NCBI GenBank assembly: GCA_000708835.1 | Contig: DF237377.1 | Coordinates: forward strand, 15,190 to 79,189 | Direction: 5' to 3' | DNA: 64,000 nucleotides | Origin: Klebsormidium nitens | Taxonomy: Eukaryota > Plantae > Klebsormidiophyceae | Shown here: piece after piece, positions 37,526 to 50,600 of the stretch | Layout: each line of letters begins with the position of its first letter | Numbering within the stretch: position 1 is the stretch's first letter | Notes under the pieces: model-generated | What the model was told of the DNA's origin: nothing | The model's database searches: none | Seen by the model: the letters and a program-made list of their open reading frames with translations, nothing else | Program-made: the position numbers and the translations under genes

Positions 37526-39168
37526 ATGTTAATGTGAAGAGTCTCGTCCAAGGCTCTAAGCTCTGGCAGTGGTTTCAAGGACATCAGCTTAGCAACGTCC
37601 TTACTTGGGTACCCAGGTTTGATCTGTTGCCGGAGAGAGCATCGTTCAGAAATCAGGTCCGAATGTCGGCTGTCAGGCGATCTAGAAGTAGTTGCCGCAT
37701 GCCCGCTTGTTCGCTTGGTAGAGAACCTGCTCGCATTAGCGTTAGCAATCTGAGTAAGTTCACTACGGCGTACTTCGCCGTAGGACCTATGCCGGCGACC
37801 AGCTTCAGCATCAGAGAGCAGCGACGATACGAAGTTGAACAAGGTCAAGTTGTCTTTCAAGATGTTTAGCAGATCTTGATGTTGATCAAGATGTTTAGCA
37901 GGTACTCCGACTGTAAAATAATAGATCAACCTGTCCTATGATCTTCTACAACCGGGTGGCCCCAACATACAACTGCCATGAACTTCGGTGCACCGTGGCA
38001 TGTCGGCTAGGATGTGATTGCCACCCTGTTGTATTCGATTGATGACTTGTTGGCGCTTTTTCAGCCTTTGACATCTTATCCTTTTGTATGTTCAAATTTC
38101 AGTGCAGATGCACTCTGAATACATGACCCTACTTGTCATCACACTGCCACTGCGCAGTATTTTCCAATCTTCTTCGACCGTCCTTGTATGCTTGGTCAAC
38201 AATGCTGGCACGATCCGGAGGTCTTGAAACCTGACTCAATATCAGGCGGCAGCTTGAGAATCAAGGCCCAGAGCTGGCACGTGACCTCGTGAGTAGAGTT
38301 GACATGGAACATATATGCGATGCATATGATTAATACCAATCTAGAGCTGATTGTCGAACCGTAATTACGATCTTCATGTCGCTGGCGGCAGCTAGAATCA
38401 CAAAAGCCTTGATCAGCACTGCTCAAGCACTTAAGTTGCTGTTGCTCCTTTCATCGTGATGTGCCATGCAAGCCTTGGAGCTAGACTGAGATGCATGGAT
38501 GAGCGTTCAAAAATCAATGACTCAGGCTTAATTTCATCACATGTGTACTCCTGAGTCAGGCGTGCGCGCTTGCGCAGGCGGCCGCCGTGTGCCAAGCGAC
38601 GCCGCGCGGTCTCGTCATTTACCGGGCGAGTGCCGCCGCCAGCCGTTACCGCCCATGACTCTATCCACTTTACTCCAGACACACGCAACCCGGTTCCCGG
38701 CCAGTCTCGGAGAACCGGCAGAAGAGGCAGCCCCGTTACCAGCGACTTAGTACGGCTCCGGTCACGTACCGGGATCGTGATCTAACTGCTTGGGGGATCA
38801 TCCTGCACCTGACATGGCCGGGGATCCCCACATGATTCAATCAGCCCTTGATTGTAGGATGGTACCCAAGGACTTCGAGCAGCATGGCGTCAAGCAGATC
38901 ACAGAGCAATCAATGAATCATGTCGTGTGGGACCTCGGCACAATGAGGCAAGACACAAGCTGAGGCAAGGGTTTCAGCCAGGGTTTCTGCAGCTCTAGCT
39001 GCTAGTGCGCAGCAAGCCTGGTCTATCGAGTTAGCTGTGAGGAAGGGCTAAGTACAGTCGAGTGGCAGGCACAAGGACCCAAGGGCCAACAGGCATTCAA
39101 AGAACGTCGTCCTGAACTCACAAATCTTGTCTCTACCCACCGGCCCATCTTTTGGGGCCACTCTGACA

Positions 39169-41661
39169 ATGGACGATTTGGTGTCCTTTGTGGACACCAT
39201 ACTTTCTAGCCCGGTCAACCTGACAGGTGGCAGCTCTCAGGCAAGTGCTGGCAGTGCACCGACTCTGACCCCGGGGCTTGACCCTGTTGCAGCGCCTCAA
39301 GAGTACCTGGAACGCTGGGCTGATGAGGTGGCAGCCCTCCGGGCTATCTATGATTCGGACGTTACCTGCATTGCAGAGGGGGTGGTCCGGATCCGGCTGC
39401 GTCCGCGCGGCCAGGGGGATCCCTCTCTGCAGGGCGATTTTGAGCTGGTTGACAAGCACACGGTCATGCGGCGCGGGGGTGCGGGGATCGGTGACAAAAA
39501 GGGGGGCAGCGTGAGGGAGGAAAGTGGGGGGGTGGAAATGGTGGAAAAGGATGGCGCTGAATATGGGTCAGCAATTCTGGGGCGGGCAGCAACGGAATCT
39601 GCGGGGCTGTGGATAGCTGTGGCTCGCACCGAGCGCTACCCCGACACCCAGCCCCTGATTGAAGTCCAAAACCAGGGTGCCATTTCACACCGAGCGGAGG
39701 ACGAGCTCTATGACTCGCTGCTGTTGGCTGCAGCTAGCCAGCTGGGCAGCGAGACTATTTACACCCTCGTTGAGCTGGCGGTGGATTTTTACACCACTTA
39801 TGTGGAGGCAGCGGCCGCCCGCCAGCTGGCAGCCCAAGTGTCAGGCGTAACTGCAGGGATTGTTGGTGGAAAGATTGACACAAAGGAAGAGATTGGCACC
39901 ACAGAAAGTTGGACAGAGTACCGGCCATCTCCATTTGCAGGCGGTGTCATGGAAGTGTTGGGAAGTTTGCCTAAGGAGATTGGGGTGCTGAACATTGAGA
40001 ACGTGCTGCGGCAAGACCTGGCGGAACTCTTTGTTGAGAAGAGGGAGGTTCTGAGGAAGAAGCACCCACAGCTTGCAGTAGTAGGGATTCCCAACCCTCC
40101 TTGTTGGTTGTCAAATCTACCACTGGCTTAGAGTGATCCTTGTCGACCAATTTTATATGTTTGGATGAGTGTGGTTCTGGTGCAGAAACGAGATCAACGG
40201 TATTGATGGTCCGCAGTAAGCATTTGGCGTTTTCGGTATCAGACTCACTTGATGGTCATTATGAAAAGTTTGTGACAAGGAGCTTCTTGTCCTGACACGC
40301 TTCATGCCAGCCTTGACAGGTGATGTCCCAGACAAATCACATCATTTTCCAGTGCCCGTGAGATGACGAGTCTTTCGTAATCTGCAAAGGTCACCTTCTC
40401 CTGGACGTTCCACCTTTCTCTAAACGCCTGCGCTTGTACCAGAGGCCTTCAGCGCTGGAAGTGTCTTTGCTCAAGACAGTAGTCATGACGTCGACAGTCA
40501 CCGCCAAAGAAATGCAGGCCCTTCTTCTGGCAAAAGAGTGGCAAATACCTAAGGTTATTTGGATTCTGAGCTGAAAGACTTTTAACATCAGTGGACCGTC
40601 TCCACTTGCCCACAGGCCAGCTGACGTCATATCTGCAACACTCACACTGCGCTTTGTGTGACGCCCGCTGCAGGCTGCTGACGTCATACGGATGTTCCAG
40701 CGGGACTGCCATGCGCAACGTCCCGAGCATTGTCCGTGAGGGGTTGGTGGTCCCCGGCAAGGCGTCTGGAGTGGGAGTGGCGAACGGGAGGTGAGAACAG
40801 AAGTTTCATGCCTTTAGGTGCATCCTTGGTTGGGGCTTAATGGTGGCCCCTGTGACGAGAAGATACATGATGAGAATTTTGGGCTCTTTTTCATTAGAGG
40901 CTTGTTCAGGTGAGGCTTTTGGCACTCGTGAGGTGGCGAATGGGAGCGAAGACTCGAAGTGTATCCGATCTTTCGGTGATCCGAGAGTCCAGTCGCAAGA
41001 TCGACGAGAAGAAACACGAGCTGTGCCTCATAACCCTTACGGAAGGCCTTGTGGCTTCGGGCTAGCCGAGGATGTAAAGAGACGCGCGCTTCAAGTCTCC
41101 TGGAAGCAACCTCTTCTTTATCTAAAAGTGGAGTGATGCTGAAAAAGCAAGGAGAGCTAAGCGCCGTGGTTCGCACCTTCAGCCAAGGAATTGTCCCTTC
41201 TAGACCTGTCCCTTAGTATCAAATGTAACCTTCGCGCCTTTCGGTCGTTCTTTCATGAAAGGACCCATTGAAGTGCCGGCCACAAAGCCAGTCGACTCCC
41301 TTCACAAGCATCAAACGTTCAAGTGTAACTGCGGACGGCTATCTCGAATCATAGTTGATTGAAACCATCAGAACCTTCCCCCGCGTCACGAACTCTAGCT
41401 TTGATGCCAACACCACGATCCGTTTTGTTTTGCAGCACCTTCGGCAAGGGCATCTACCTCTCCCCCGACTCTAGTTACTCCGTCCCCTACTGCTGGTCCG
41501 ACGACGCACGCGAGCACCGTCTCCTCGTGTGCGCGGCGTTGCCCGGATGGCCTGAGAAGGTGACACGTGTCGTGGATCAACAGCTGAACGGAACGCGCGG
41601 CACGTACGACTGCCGCGTCAGCCCAAACGGACTGGAGTGGATCTTCTTTGACGCGGCTCAG
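39169..41661 (+). CDS. RWD domain + PARP-like ADP-ribosyltransferase; apparent frameshift at the catalytic His; 3' end unresolved (possible pseudogene or sequence error)
   Basis: Exon from 39169 to about 40077 carries RWD motifs (ERWADEVAALRAIY, YPDTQPLIEV, LGSETIYTLV) and then IENVLRQDL..LF. Exon 40674-40790 reads DVIRMF[CA-G-C]GTAMRNVPSIVREGLVVPG..VANG. Exon 41436-41661 reads STFGKGIYLSP...S..Y...LLVCAALPG...PNGLEWIFFDAAQ, matching an H-Y-E ART layout. Confidence 0.75.
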
Positions 41662-44600
41662 GTAGGCCCTGCGCCCGAGTGCTTTATTCCAAGGGTGCAT
41701 GTACTGCTGAGAAAAGAGAAGCATTTCCCATTGACAGGTCGCGATTGCCGGCTGTTGAAGAGTTCTTGACTAACATCCGCTGCAAAGAGGGATGTCGTGC
41801 GTTAAGAGTAGGCCTTGGAGCGTCTAGTCGAAAATTGTGGCCGACCATGTGACGCTGCTTGTTAATGCAGAGCAGAAGTTCCAATTACCTGGGGTCTGTC
41901 ATTGCATCGCTTCGACCCTCGTTAAGAGAAGAGGCTGGCTTCGCTTTACGGTTGCCTAACAACGTGCAAATTTCAATCCTCTAATACTGTGCTGGCTCTT
42001 GGCGAAGCTTACCCATCCTCTCAGTTTCTCTCTGCAAGCCGCTCTTGACTTGTCTACTTCCCTCGTTTCTTTAACGTTGGCACAACATATGGCCGCCGTT
42101 GACATTCTGGACTCTTCCTTGTCGTTCTCGTCTGAGCTTTCCACCCCTCCATATTTTGGCGCCTGGATTCGCCGGAAGAGGCTGATCAATGGGCTCGGGC
42201 GTTAGCCCGCCGTTTGATGATTCGTAATGTTTCAACGACTGAGGACGATCCGCAAAAGCGACAAGGCCAGCTGTCTATCAAGGACGGCACAAGCTTGTGC
42301 ATGGAAGCGGCTAGGAATCACTAGTGAGTCCTTTCGTTATACTTATTAAGTCTTCTATGCAAGGCTTTAGAGGTAAAAACTAAGGAAGATCCATAAGAGT
42401 CATGGGATTGTGACATTAGTCTCCGCTTTAAAGATGTGAGTCTCGTACCTCCCGCTTGACTCATCCTTGCCACTGACAGACTAAGAAACTGTCAGGAGGA
42501 ACGACAGACATGGGCAAACGGATTCCACTGGGCCATTTGTTCTCGTTGATTGTTTCAATCTTACGAGGGCCAACGAGGGCACCAGAGTTGCATGGCTGGC
42601 AACAACAGCACGAAGGTTCGACGAAAAAAACATTTCTGACCATTGTTGACATTGTCCCCTCAATGATTTACAAGCTCAAACTTACACCCTGTTCTCTGCT
42701 AAGAAATGGTACAACTGTTACTGGAGGTTCTGGTGGCTTCATCTCCAATTTCCGAGCTTGAGCGGAAAGAAGCTCATCATATAAACCCATCCTTGCCATG
42801 GGTCTCCAACATCTCGTTGGAGCACTCGGGGAGCACTCTAGTGCACCCATTTTAAGTATTCCGGATCCTTTGAGAGTACGTTCCGACGCCCAACGAATGC
42901 AAGCTGCCCACACAAGCACCCGGCGCGCGCGAGGAGAGTATGCTATATCCAAGACGAAAGCACGTTGTCCGATCTAGGAACATATTTGACAAGAATCTGA
43001 AATCACGGCTTAACGGCGCGATCAAGGTGAGTATCTGGCTCATCCCTTGCGGCCCGCGTGTTAGTGACTCGCACTGATTGACATGCTCACACATGAACTA
43101 CTCAATCTGAGACTCAGACGTGATCACGCACTCGCTCAACACGAGAAAGTATGAACGATGTCAAGTCAAGCTGTAGATTCCTACGAACCTGCTAAAACCT
43201 TCCATGTCAATCCTTTATACAGCCATGCTGTTTCACAAATTTATTAGATTCTATGATAACTGCGCAAGGGCGGGTGAGCCCAAGGTCGCGGCAAGTCTCC
43301 CTGCAATACTGAAAGCAGAAGGCTCAAACCACACTCGAGATTAAGCTCCTTCATGTTCTTACACCTAAGAATCATTAGGAGGCACACTTAGCCACCAGCT
43401 TCAGATCCATCGACGAAGAATCGACCACTTCATTCTGTCGACGGCCAGCAATACCTTTGAAAATGCACGAGACGAGGCGGGCATTCGACGATTTAGCCTG
43501 AGAATCGGCATCAGATATCCGAAACGATATTGAGCTTTTCGCAGACACTCAATGATTCGGGTCATCGTTGCCAGCCTCGCGGCAGAACTGTCCGGTCGAT
43601 AGGGATTATCGGTGGGCCTCAGAAACGAAGAAGCGATGTAAAACTCATGATCCAAATTACGGTGGTTGCTCAAAGAGAGATGTCAGAACGTTCACCGTGT
43701 TAGCTATCTTGAAGAAAAGTGCCAGACAGCTGGCGGCGAGAAAAAACGTCCAGCTGCGAGAACAAACGTGATCAATAGCAGCGGTTATTCCAGGAACGAA
43801 GGTAGTTCAAAGTCAGAAGACTATTCTGGAGTTCAACACATATGCGTTGGACAACGGCCAGGTACTCAAAGAATGTGCAGATTGACGTTATTTCTTAAAA
43901 TTTTAGCAGACTGTTTAGCTAAGCCCACACGAGGGGCTCGAAGAAGGGCCACAGATTGGAACCAGAACTTCGGCAAGTCGGTTGTAGGCAGGGCATGGAA
44001 GTATCCCTGTTGACACCTCAGAGCATGAGACAGGATCGGGCGTCAGCCCCGGTGATAAGTGTGAACGTCCTAATTGAGTGGCTAGAAGCACTCAGTGAAC
44101 GGCTCATCTTTGCCTCCTATTCAAGCCCAACCAGCTATGTATAAGAATGACAGAAGCTGAGCCGTACAAGTGAAAGGCGCGTTACCGTAGGTCCAGAAAT
44201 CAAATCTTTGCAAGAGTTCCGCTGGATTGACTCTGCTGTGGTCCGCCAGTGGTTAGCATCGAAACGAATTTTGTGTTCGAACATGACGACGTGGCCTCCG
44301 CTTCACTCATCCGGACCCCTCCTCAGCGAACAAAACGCTGAGAGGAAGGTTTCATTTCGACCTTGCCAAATTGAAATTCATCCAGATGCCCTACGCTAAC
44401 ACCCTTTAAAACGCTGGACGCCAAAATGCTACCGCAATCAAAAGTCTGAGACAAAGCGCCGGACGTCAGATTTGAAGGTAAGGAGAGACCTGTACGTCAG
44501 ATTATTTGCCGATCAAGATTGGACACCAAACATGAAGCTTCCGACGAGGTTGTGGCTCTGCCAGGAATGCGCTTGATGAGAAGAGTACTCATACCAGAAT

Positions 44601-47305
44601 ACGGCTACGTCCTTGCCAAGCATGAAGCACTCTATGTGTTCTTTCCCGTACTGAGCCCACTGACTGAATGGAAGCTGAGTTTTCCGCCCACCCTGTCCTA
44701 AAAATTCGATGGGCTCCTTGTTCTTGGCGTTTGGCTGTGGCACGAGATAAGAAAAAGCAAGGCCTTGAAATGGGGCAGGTTACACGTGGGCTCTCGTTAG
44801 AGTTCTCCATGCAGGCCGCAGTTGTCTTTTTGATACAGGGATCGGCGTTCAGAATTTCATGTACTGAAAAAGATGACTGTAAGAGTCCCTCGCTAATACG
44901 GATTACTCGGCGCGCATGTTTCGTGACTTCGTCGGACGCCACGCCATGATATCGAAACTCTCGCTTTGCACGTATAACAGCAGATCAAGGGCTGGCGACA
45001 TCTCTCTGCATGCAGGCGGCAGCAGTTCGATCCTTGAATAAAGATACGCTACTTGGAACGGGGGTGAACCATGAGAGCGCGCGCGCATTTTCACATAGCG
45101 TCAGAGAATCGAAGAAGAATCAACGTTGGGCGCTTGGCTGCAGATGTTCATCACATGACCACCAGATTCACTCAAGGACCGAAGGAATCCTTTGATTCGA
45201 GGCGCTCCCATTGAAAGAGATTGAAGATGAGGGGCTGAGGCGCACATTGAGATAGCTCCATCATATTTCCCCTTCTTATCATGGGCGCAAGCCCTAAAGG
45301 CGTCGTAATAGACATCTTCGTCGCGGAGGTATCAAGTGTGCGCAAAATGAAAGAGTACCGATATCTGAACTCTGTGTTGTAGGATCCCGTAAGCGACTGA
45401 TCAACGAGTCGGTCTGATTGCTGAAAGAAAGTGCACTCACAGAAGTAAAACTAAATTTATATCCTCGCGAACGGAGAGATGGCTTTATACGATAAAAAGG
45501 TCTTCAAAGGAGGCGCTGTATGGCATCGTTTTGGCCTACGTCAAAGAAAGAAACTTGGGTACCTTGACCCACGTTCAAAGAGTCACTGCAATCATACCTA
45601 CAGTTCTTACTGCAAGGAACTATACAAGGACAGAAGCGCGAATGTGCATTTTGCGGATCGCTATGATTTAAACCCGCTGTCGAAGAAGCGAGGCAGACCA
45701 GGCCGCGTTTCGAACCTTTGATAAGACGCGAGCGGAAGCATGCGCATCTGGCGACCAGAAAGCGCGTACCGTCACGTTGATGCCGCCGCTTATTGAACGT
45801 GCTTTTGCAGCGCCTGAGAAGCTAAGTAATTAGCATCAAGACCTTGTGAAAGTCGTATGTGGGCTGCTTGACATAACGCCCTCTTTCAAATGTCGAACAA
45901 GTCGAAGCCGTTCTTCATATTGTCGAAGGCCGCCGGTTCGGGAACCGCGGAACTCGCTTTTCAAACAAAAACGGAACTTAAGTGCTTAACCGCCGCAGAG
46001 GAAGACGATCACAGGCTTCCAATATGAGGGCGTCAAAGGGACTCGCATTTCCCAATTGCAAGCAATCAATGGTGGAAAAAAAGCTCCAGCAGGTTGTTTA
46101 GAAAGCATGCCAAAGGCGAGGACCTTTATTTCAGCTCTAACGGCAACCGTCAAGAGGCAATATCATGCCAGGAATCAACATCTGAAAGCCTCTCCTCAAG
46201 TCGTTCTGGATCAGGCCGGGCTGCTCAGATGCTCAACTGCTTCGTATACATTCGCATGTGGCAGGTTTGCATGCAGCCGTAGAAAGGCCCGAGAGCTTGC
46301 ACTTTCTCGAAGCTTGAGATTAACAGATAGATACATTGAAAGTGTGGTGGCATCAGAGCCCGCGCAATTCCCACTGAAGGAGGCCTTCAGAGGCCAGGCC
46401 AATCATTGCCAAAGGTTAATCTGTTATTGCTTCGATCGGCGACACGTCTGGGCCTTATTCAAGAACTCTGACATACACGTCCGCTTATGCAATCAACGCC
46501 CGCTATCAAACGCCGCAGGCACAAATTGCTCGCAAAAGGTGCTAATAAGATTACACAAAAGATTGATTACCCAGTTTTCGTTGAATTTCGGCAGCATCGC
46601 ATCAAGAGCAGTAGGCGAGAACGGAATGCCGTGTGCCCACGTGGCGGTGCTCACAGCAAATCGATTTCGAAGTCAGTCAAGGGCTTCGCATGCTTTTTGG
46701 CATCAGGGAGCATTTCTCCGTCTCACCGCACAGGTGGGTTCTAGAACTCAAGCACGGCTCGTCATTGCCATTACGGTACAGCTTAAGTTTTGGAAATTTG
46801 TCCGGCACCACCTTTCAAGACGTAAAACGCTCCCCAGAATGCAGAAAAGGTCTCGAATGGTGAGACGTGGCCTGTTTGATCCTCCCAATGACATTGAAAT
46901 CCAGAAGCGTGCAAGTCGCGGAACTTCAAGTCCGGTCGTGAGTCATTGCCAGAAATGACGGATGCTCTCGTTGATGTTAAAAGCTCAGTATCGAAGACTT
47001 AGACAAATGGAGGGGAGAAGGCATCGTGACCTTTTTTGGCTGTGACAATAAAACGGTTGACCGTGAACACAGTCGGCGACGAAGACCAAGTGGCGGTTGG
47101 ACCGGCGGAATCGTCCAGCCGAGAAAGATCTGTGTAGCCCAAAGGCTCCTTTCCGACTGAGGTATACCATTGGAATTGCCAACAAAAGAAACTTGTGAAC
47201 TTCACAGAAATAATGTCAGGTAAAGCAAAAGCGACTAGCTTAGCAGGCAGGAATCCGCCGCCGAGCGCGGACGTAAATTAGAGCCGGCCACCAGAGGATT
47301 GCAGC

Positions 47306-47692
47306 TATATATAACATTGCACAAACCACTGTAAGCAGTGTGCGCTTATCGAATCCGGTGTCAATTTTGCCAAGCGCGCGCGAGAGTGGATACAAGGCGT
47401 CAGAGCCTACAAGAAGCCCTCAGTAAGCGGCTCATCACTGTCTGCAGTTCAAGCGCTGCCAGCCTATAACGGTGAAGTGCCGTGGGAGAATGCGGGGTCG
47501 TGTCCCAACAAACAACGAGCTCTCATTAAGCCACATCAGTTTCGTTGATCTGACATCGCTTTTGTTGGCGACCGGAAAAGTCGAGAAGGAGTCAGACGGA
47601 CGCCAATTTTACAGGGAAAGCTTTGCACGGGCAGAGGGCACAGCTGCGAGTAGCGTTTCCTAACAAAGTATGACGTCAGGGCAGTGACGTCA
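47306..47692. promoter_or_regulatory. Orphan promoter-like patch: TATATATAA (47306-47314) and twin TGACGTCA palindromes (47671-47678, 47685-47692)
   Basis: Motifs read directly from the sequence, next to a GC-rich stretch. No associated gene was found. Confidence 0.25.
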
Positions 47693-50600
47693 GAGTCATC
47701 TCAACGAGTCGAGACAGATATGAGTTGCAACTCACAAAGCGCTCGTCATCGCCTTACAACGCCCTGACTGTCTTTGGCTTTTCATAAATCTTCATGTCCT
47801 TTCATTGCAAGCCAATTCAGAATCCAGAGTGCACGAGGGGCATACAATAATCTCAAGGACTTCCGAGTCGCAACCTTGTGACAGGCTCCAGAGACTAGAA
47901 ACAATGAACAAGCAATGAGGCGTCCAATGCCCCTCTTTGCTCTATTGTCCTTTCATGGCCAGGTAGCTAGTTAAGACCACACACCGCAAGAAGGACCTAA
48001 AACAAGCTCTGAAATCAGGGAAACGATTGCGAATTATGTGTGTCAAAAGCGGGTACATCCGAGCGTTCCGAACGCTGCGTCGTTTGCCCATTTGGAAACG
48101 TTGCGGCACTTTCCGTGACCCAACATCGAGGAGTTGATCCGCCTTGCCAGGACGACCTTGCGCCTCACAAGCGATTGCGCAAAGCAGCCAAACTCGTGTA
48201 CGTGCTCCTTTGCTACGATGAAATTGCAAGCAGACAACATTCCGAGCTCCCGGCCCCATCTGACGATGAACTTTCACTGGCACGTTCAAGGGCCAGCATC
48301 GACATTGAAGTCCTTGGAAACAGAGCGACAGAGCGAAGGTTAGTAATGCACAGGGAAGAAACGGTACGCAGAACCTGTTGAAGAAAGTCAATCCGGGGAT
48401 CTTAACTCTAGATGCCTTCATGCTCCAAATTGATCTGTTCATGGTTTTGAAAGCACCGCGGGCTCGGCAGGCGGAATTACAAAGCGCCACACCTGAACTC
48501 TCAACTCGACTGGGTGCCAAGGACAAAAGATGTGGGCGGGCCATCTGCGTGGTCGTCTGCACGTTTTGTTTTTGGAAGACTCTGAGTGAATGCATGTACA
48601 ATGACATCCAAAACCTCGGTCAAGACAACGTGACATAGCAAGAATTCAGGCTCTGGCTCAACAAAGCCCACGAACAAGCCATGATCGGCGGGATGCCGAC
48701 AGACTCCCTTTGTCTTTCACAGCCAGACAGTGCCTTGGACATAGACAGAAAGCAACTTTTGAAACGCAATCCCTGAAGTGCCGAATTTGCAGTTGGCGCG
48801 TTCGACGTCGTCTCCTCCGATCATACTGTCTACAGAAGGACAGCTTAGCTATCTTCAGTTTTGGACACTGGAAGACAAGGCGTTCGTTACATCAGGCACT
48901 ATTGTCTAGCAGATTGAAGCCACGAAGTGGCACAAAGTGGCATGAACAAAGTCTGAAGTCAATTTGGTGCAGCCGAAGGTTGGTGACTGAGGGAGGAACG
49001 GATCCGAAGGCGCCGCGCAAACGCTCCGTGACAACGACGACACAGAAGCATCTCCATGTCTGAATATTGACAGTACAACCAAAAGGGGTCAACATCAAAT
49101 GGACCAGTTTTTGGCACTCTACAATTGAAAGCTGACTCCAGACTGACCCTGAGACCAGGCGTGACACAGGTACGTGCCTTCCGAGCCCATTCAGACGTTG
49201 TTTGGAGAAGTCGGATTCACGCTAATTGTTCGCGTCAGGAATCTGCTACTATCGTTCTGAAGCATGGTAATCCTCAGTATATTGAACTTTCATGGCCACT
49301 TTCCAAACTCATGATTCACATACAGCAAGATCCATGAAACGTAAGTTCGTGCAAACAAACCCGGCACGCCACGTGTGTTACCAAACGTTGCGTGACACCT
49401 TAAGACCCTGCAATCGGAGACCCGCCGGGTTTTTCCGCTTTGTGGCGAGCTAAATCATTTTTAGAAGTCGAACATTCTTCAAGGAAGGTCTGCCGGGCAG
49501 ATAGGGCAAGACGGGTGGCAGTCTCTAGCGGACGCGGGAGTGTCTAATCTTGCTGTGGTCGGTTGGTATTACTGACCAAGAGGTCGATGCAAGCGTGATT
49601 GGGACTGCCCACATGTGACTAAAACCTGACTGTGCAACAAGATATGAAGCACATCCCCGGGTTTCAAGTTGCTGGATTAACGCATGTAACCCGCCGTGTT
49701 TCTCTTCTTGAACATTTGGAGAGCGTGAGGAAAGCAAAAGGCCAGACCAGGGTTTATATCGGCTTCCTCGAAACTGCGCACGTTGTCATCGTTGGCTCGG
49801 CAGCTCGAAACAAGAACTCTCCTTATTGGAAGGCACGAGATCACAATCAAGCCGTGCCTCAGAAAAGCGTAAACATAAGTAGTTCCGGGGCTATAGGGTT
49901 GCGCCAGAAACAGCTTTCCAACTCGCGTGTCGCCACAAATTTGATGCGAGAGACTGATGAAAGCTTGGCTCCAATTATCACTACCGGACCCGACACGGAT
50001 CTGAACCTTCAAGTTGAGTTGAGCATCAAGAGCGAGTGGGGTCACTGGCAGGAACACAGCAGAAGAGTTTGATGGAGAAGGAAAGCAGCTCGAACTTCGA
50101 AGCAACGATTTCGACGATTCAGAAATTTTGATGAATACGGGCTAAGATGTTTCCGTCCGTTTGTCGTCATTTCAGGTCTTATTGTACGCGCCAGGCTTGG
50201 ATCCAACTGCTGCTAAGAGAAGCGCTTCCTGAGTACAGGAGTCTGACCGCACCGTGATGCAGTCACGGCATCACTTGGCAAGCGGTGGACGCCACAACAC
50301 TGCGCAAGTTTGAGCACTCGTCCTTACTACGTACGTCCCTCGAGGTTCATATAGGACTAAGCAATGGACGCGCGGTCGAACGGCAAGGGGAAAACAAACT
50401 TTTCCAATCAAGGAGGGTCAAAACGCCTTCTTGCACCTGACAGAGTCAAAAAAGTTGCACCGATGCGAGTTGGTGTTTCGGCCTTCCGCACCCCTTGGAA
50501 AATCTATTAATTCTTTGTTTACTACGGCTTCATATCAGGCATTCGCGGTGCTGTTTGAGCCGGGAGCTCATTTCGCCTGGATTCACGGCCTTGTCTCGTG

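Noticed and set aside
40390-40575. Open frame LLLDVPPFSKRL...EWQIPK as an extra PARP-gene exon
   Set aside because: No convincing splice sites, and including it would not fix the frameshift at 40700.
8471-41661. Two RWD-domain genes as a local duplication or cluster
   Set aside because: They are about 25 kb apart, share only generic RWD motifs and have different exon structures, so the proximity is likely coincidence.
46056-46958. 300-aa ORF (and the 221-aa minus-strand ORF at 47942-48607)
   Set aside because: No recognisable motifs, and it lacks the GC-rich third positions of real exons here. All frames in this region look similarly protein-like, so these are probably chance ORFs.
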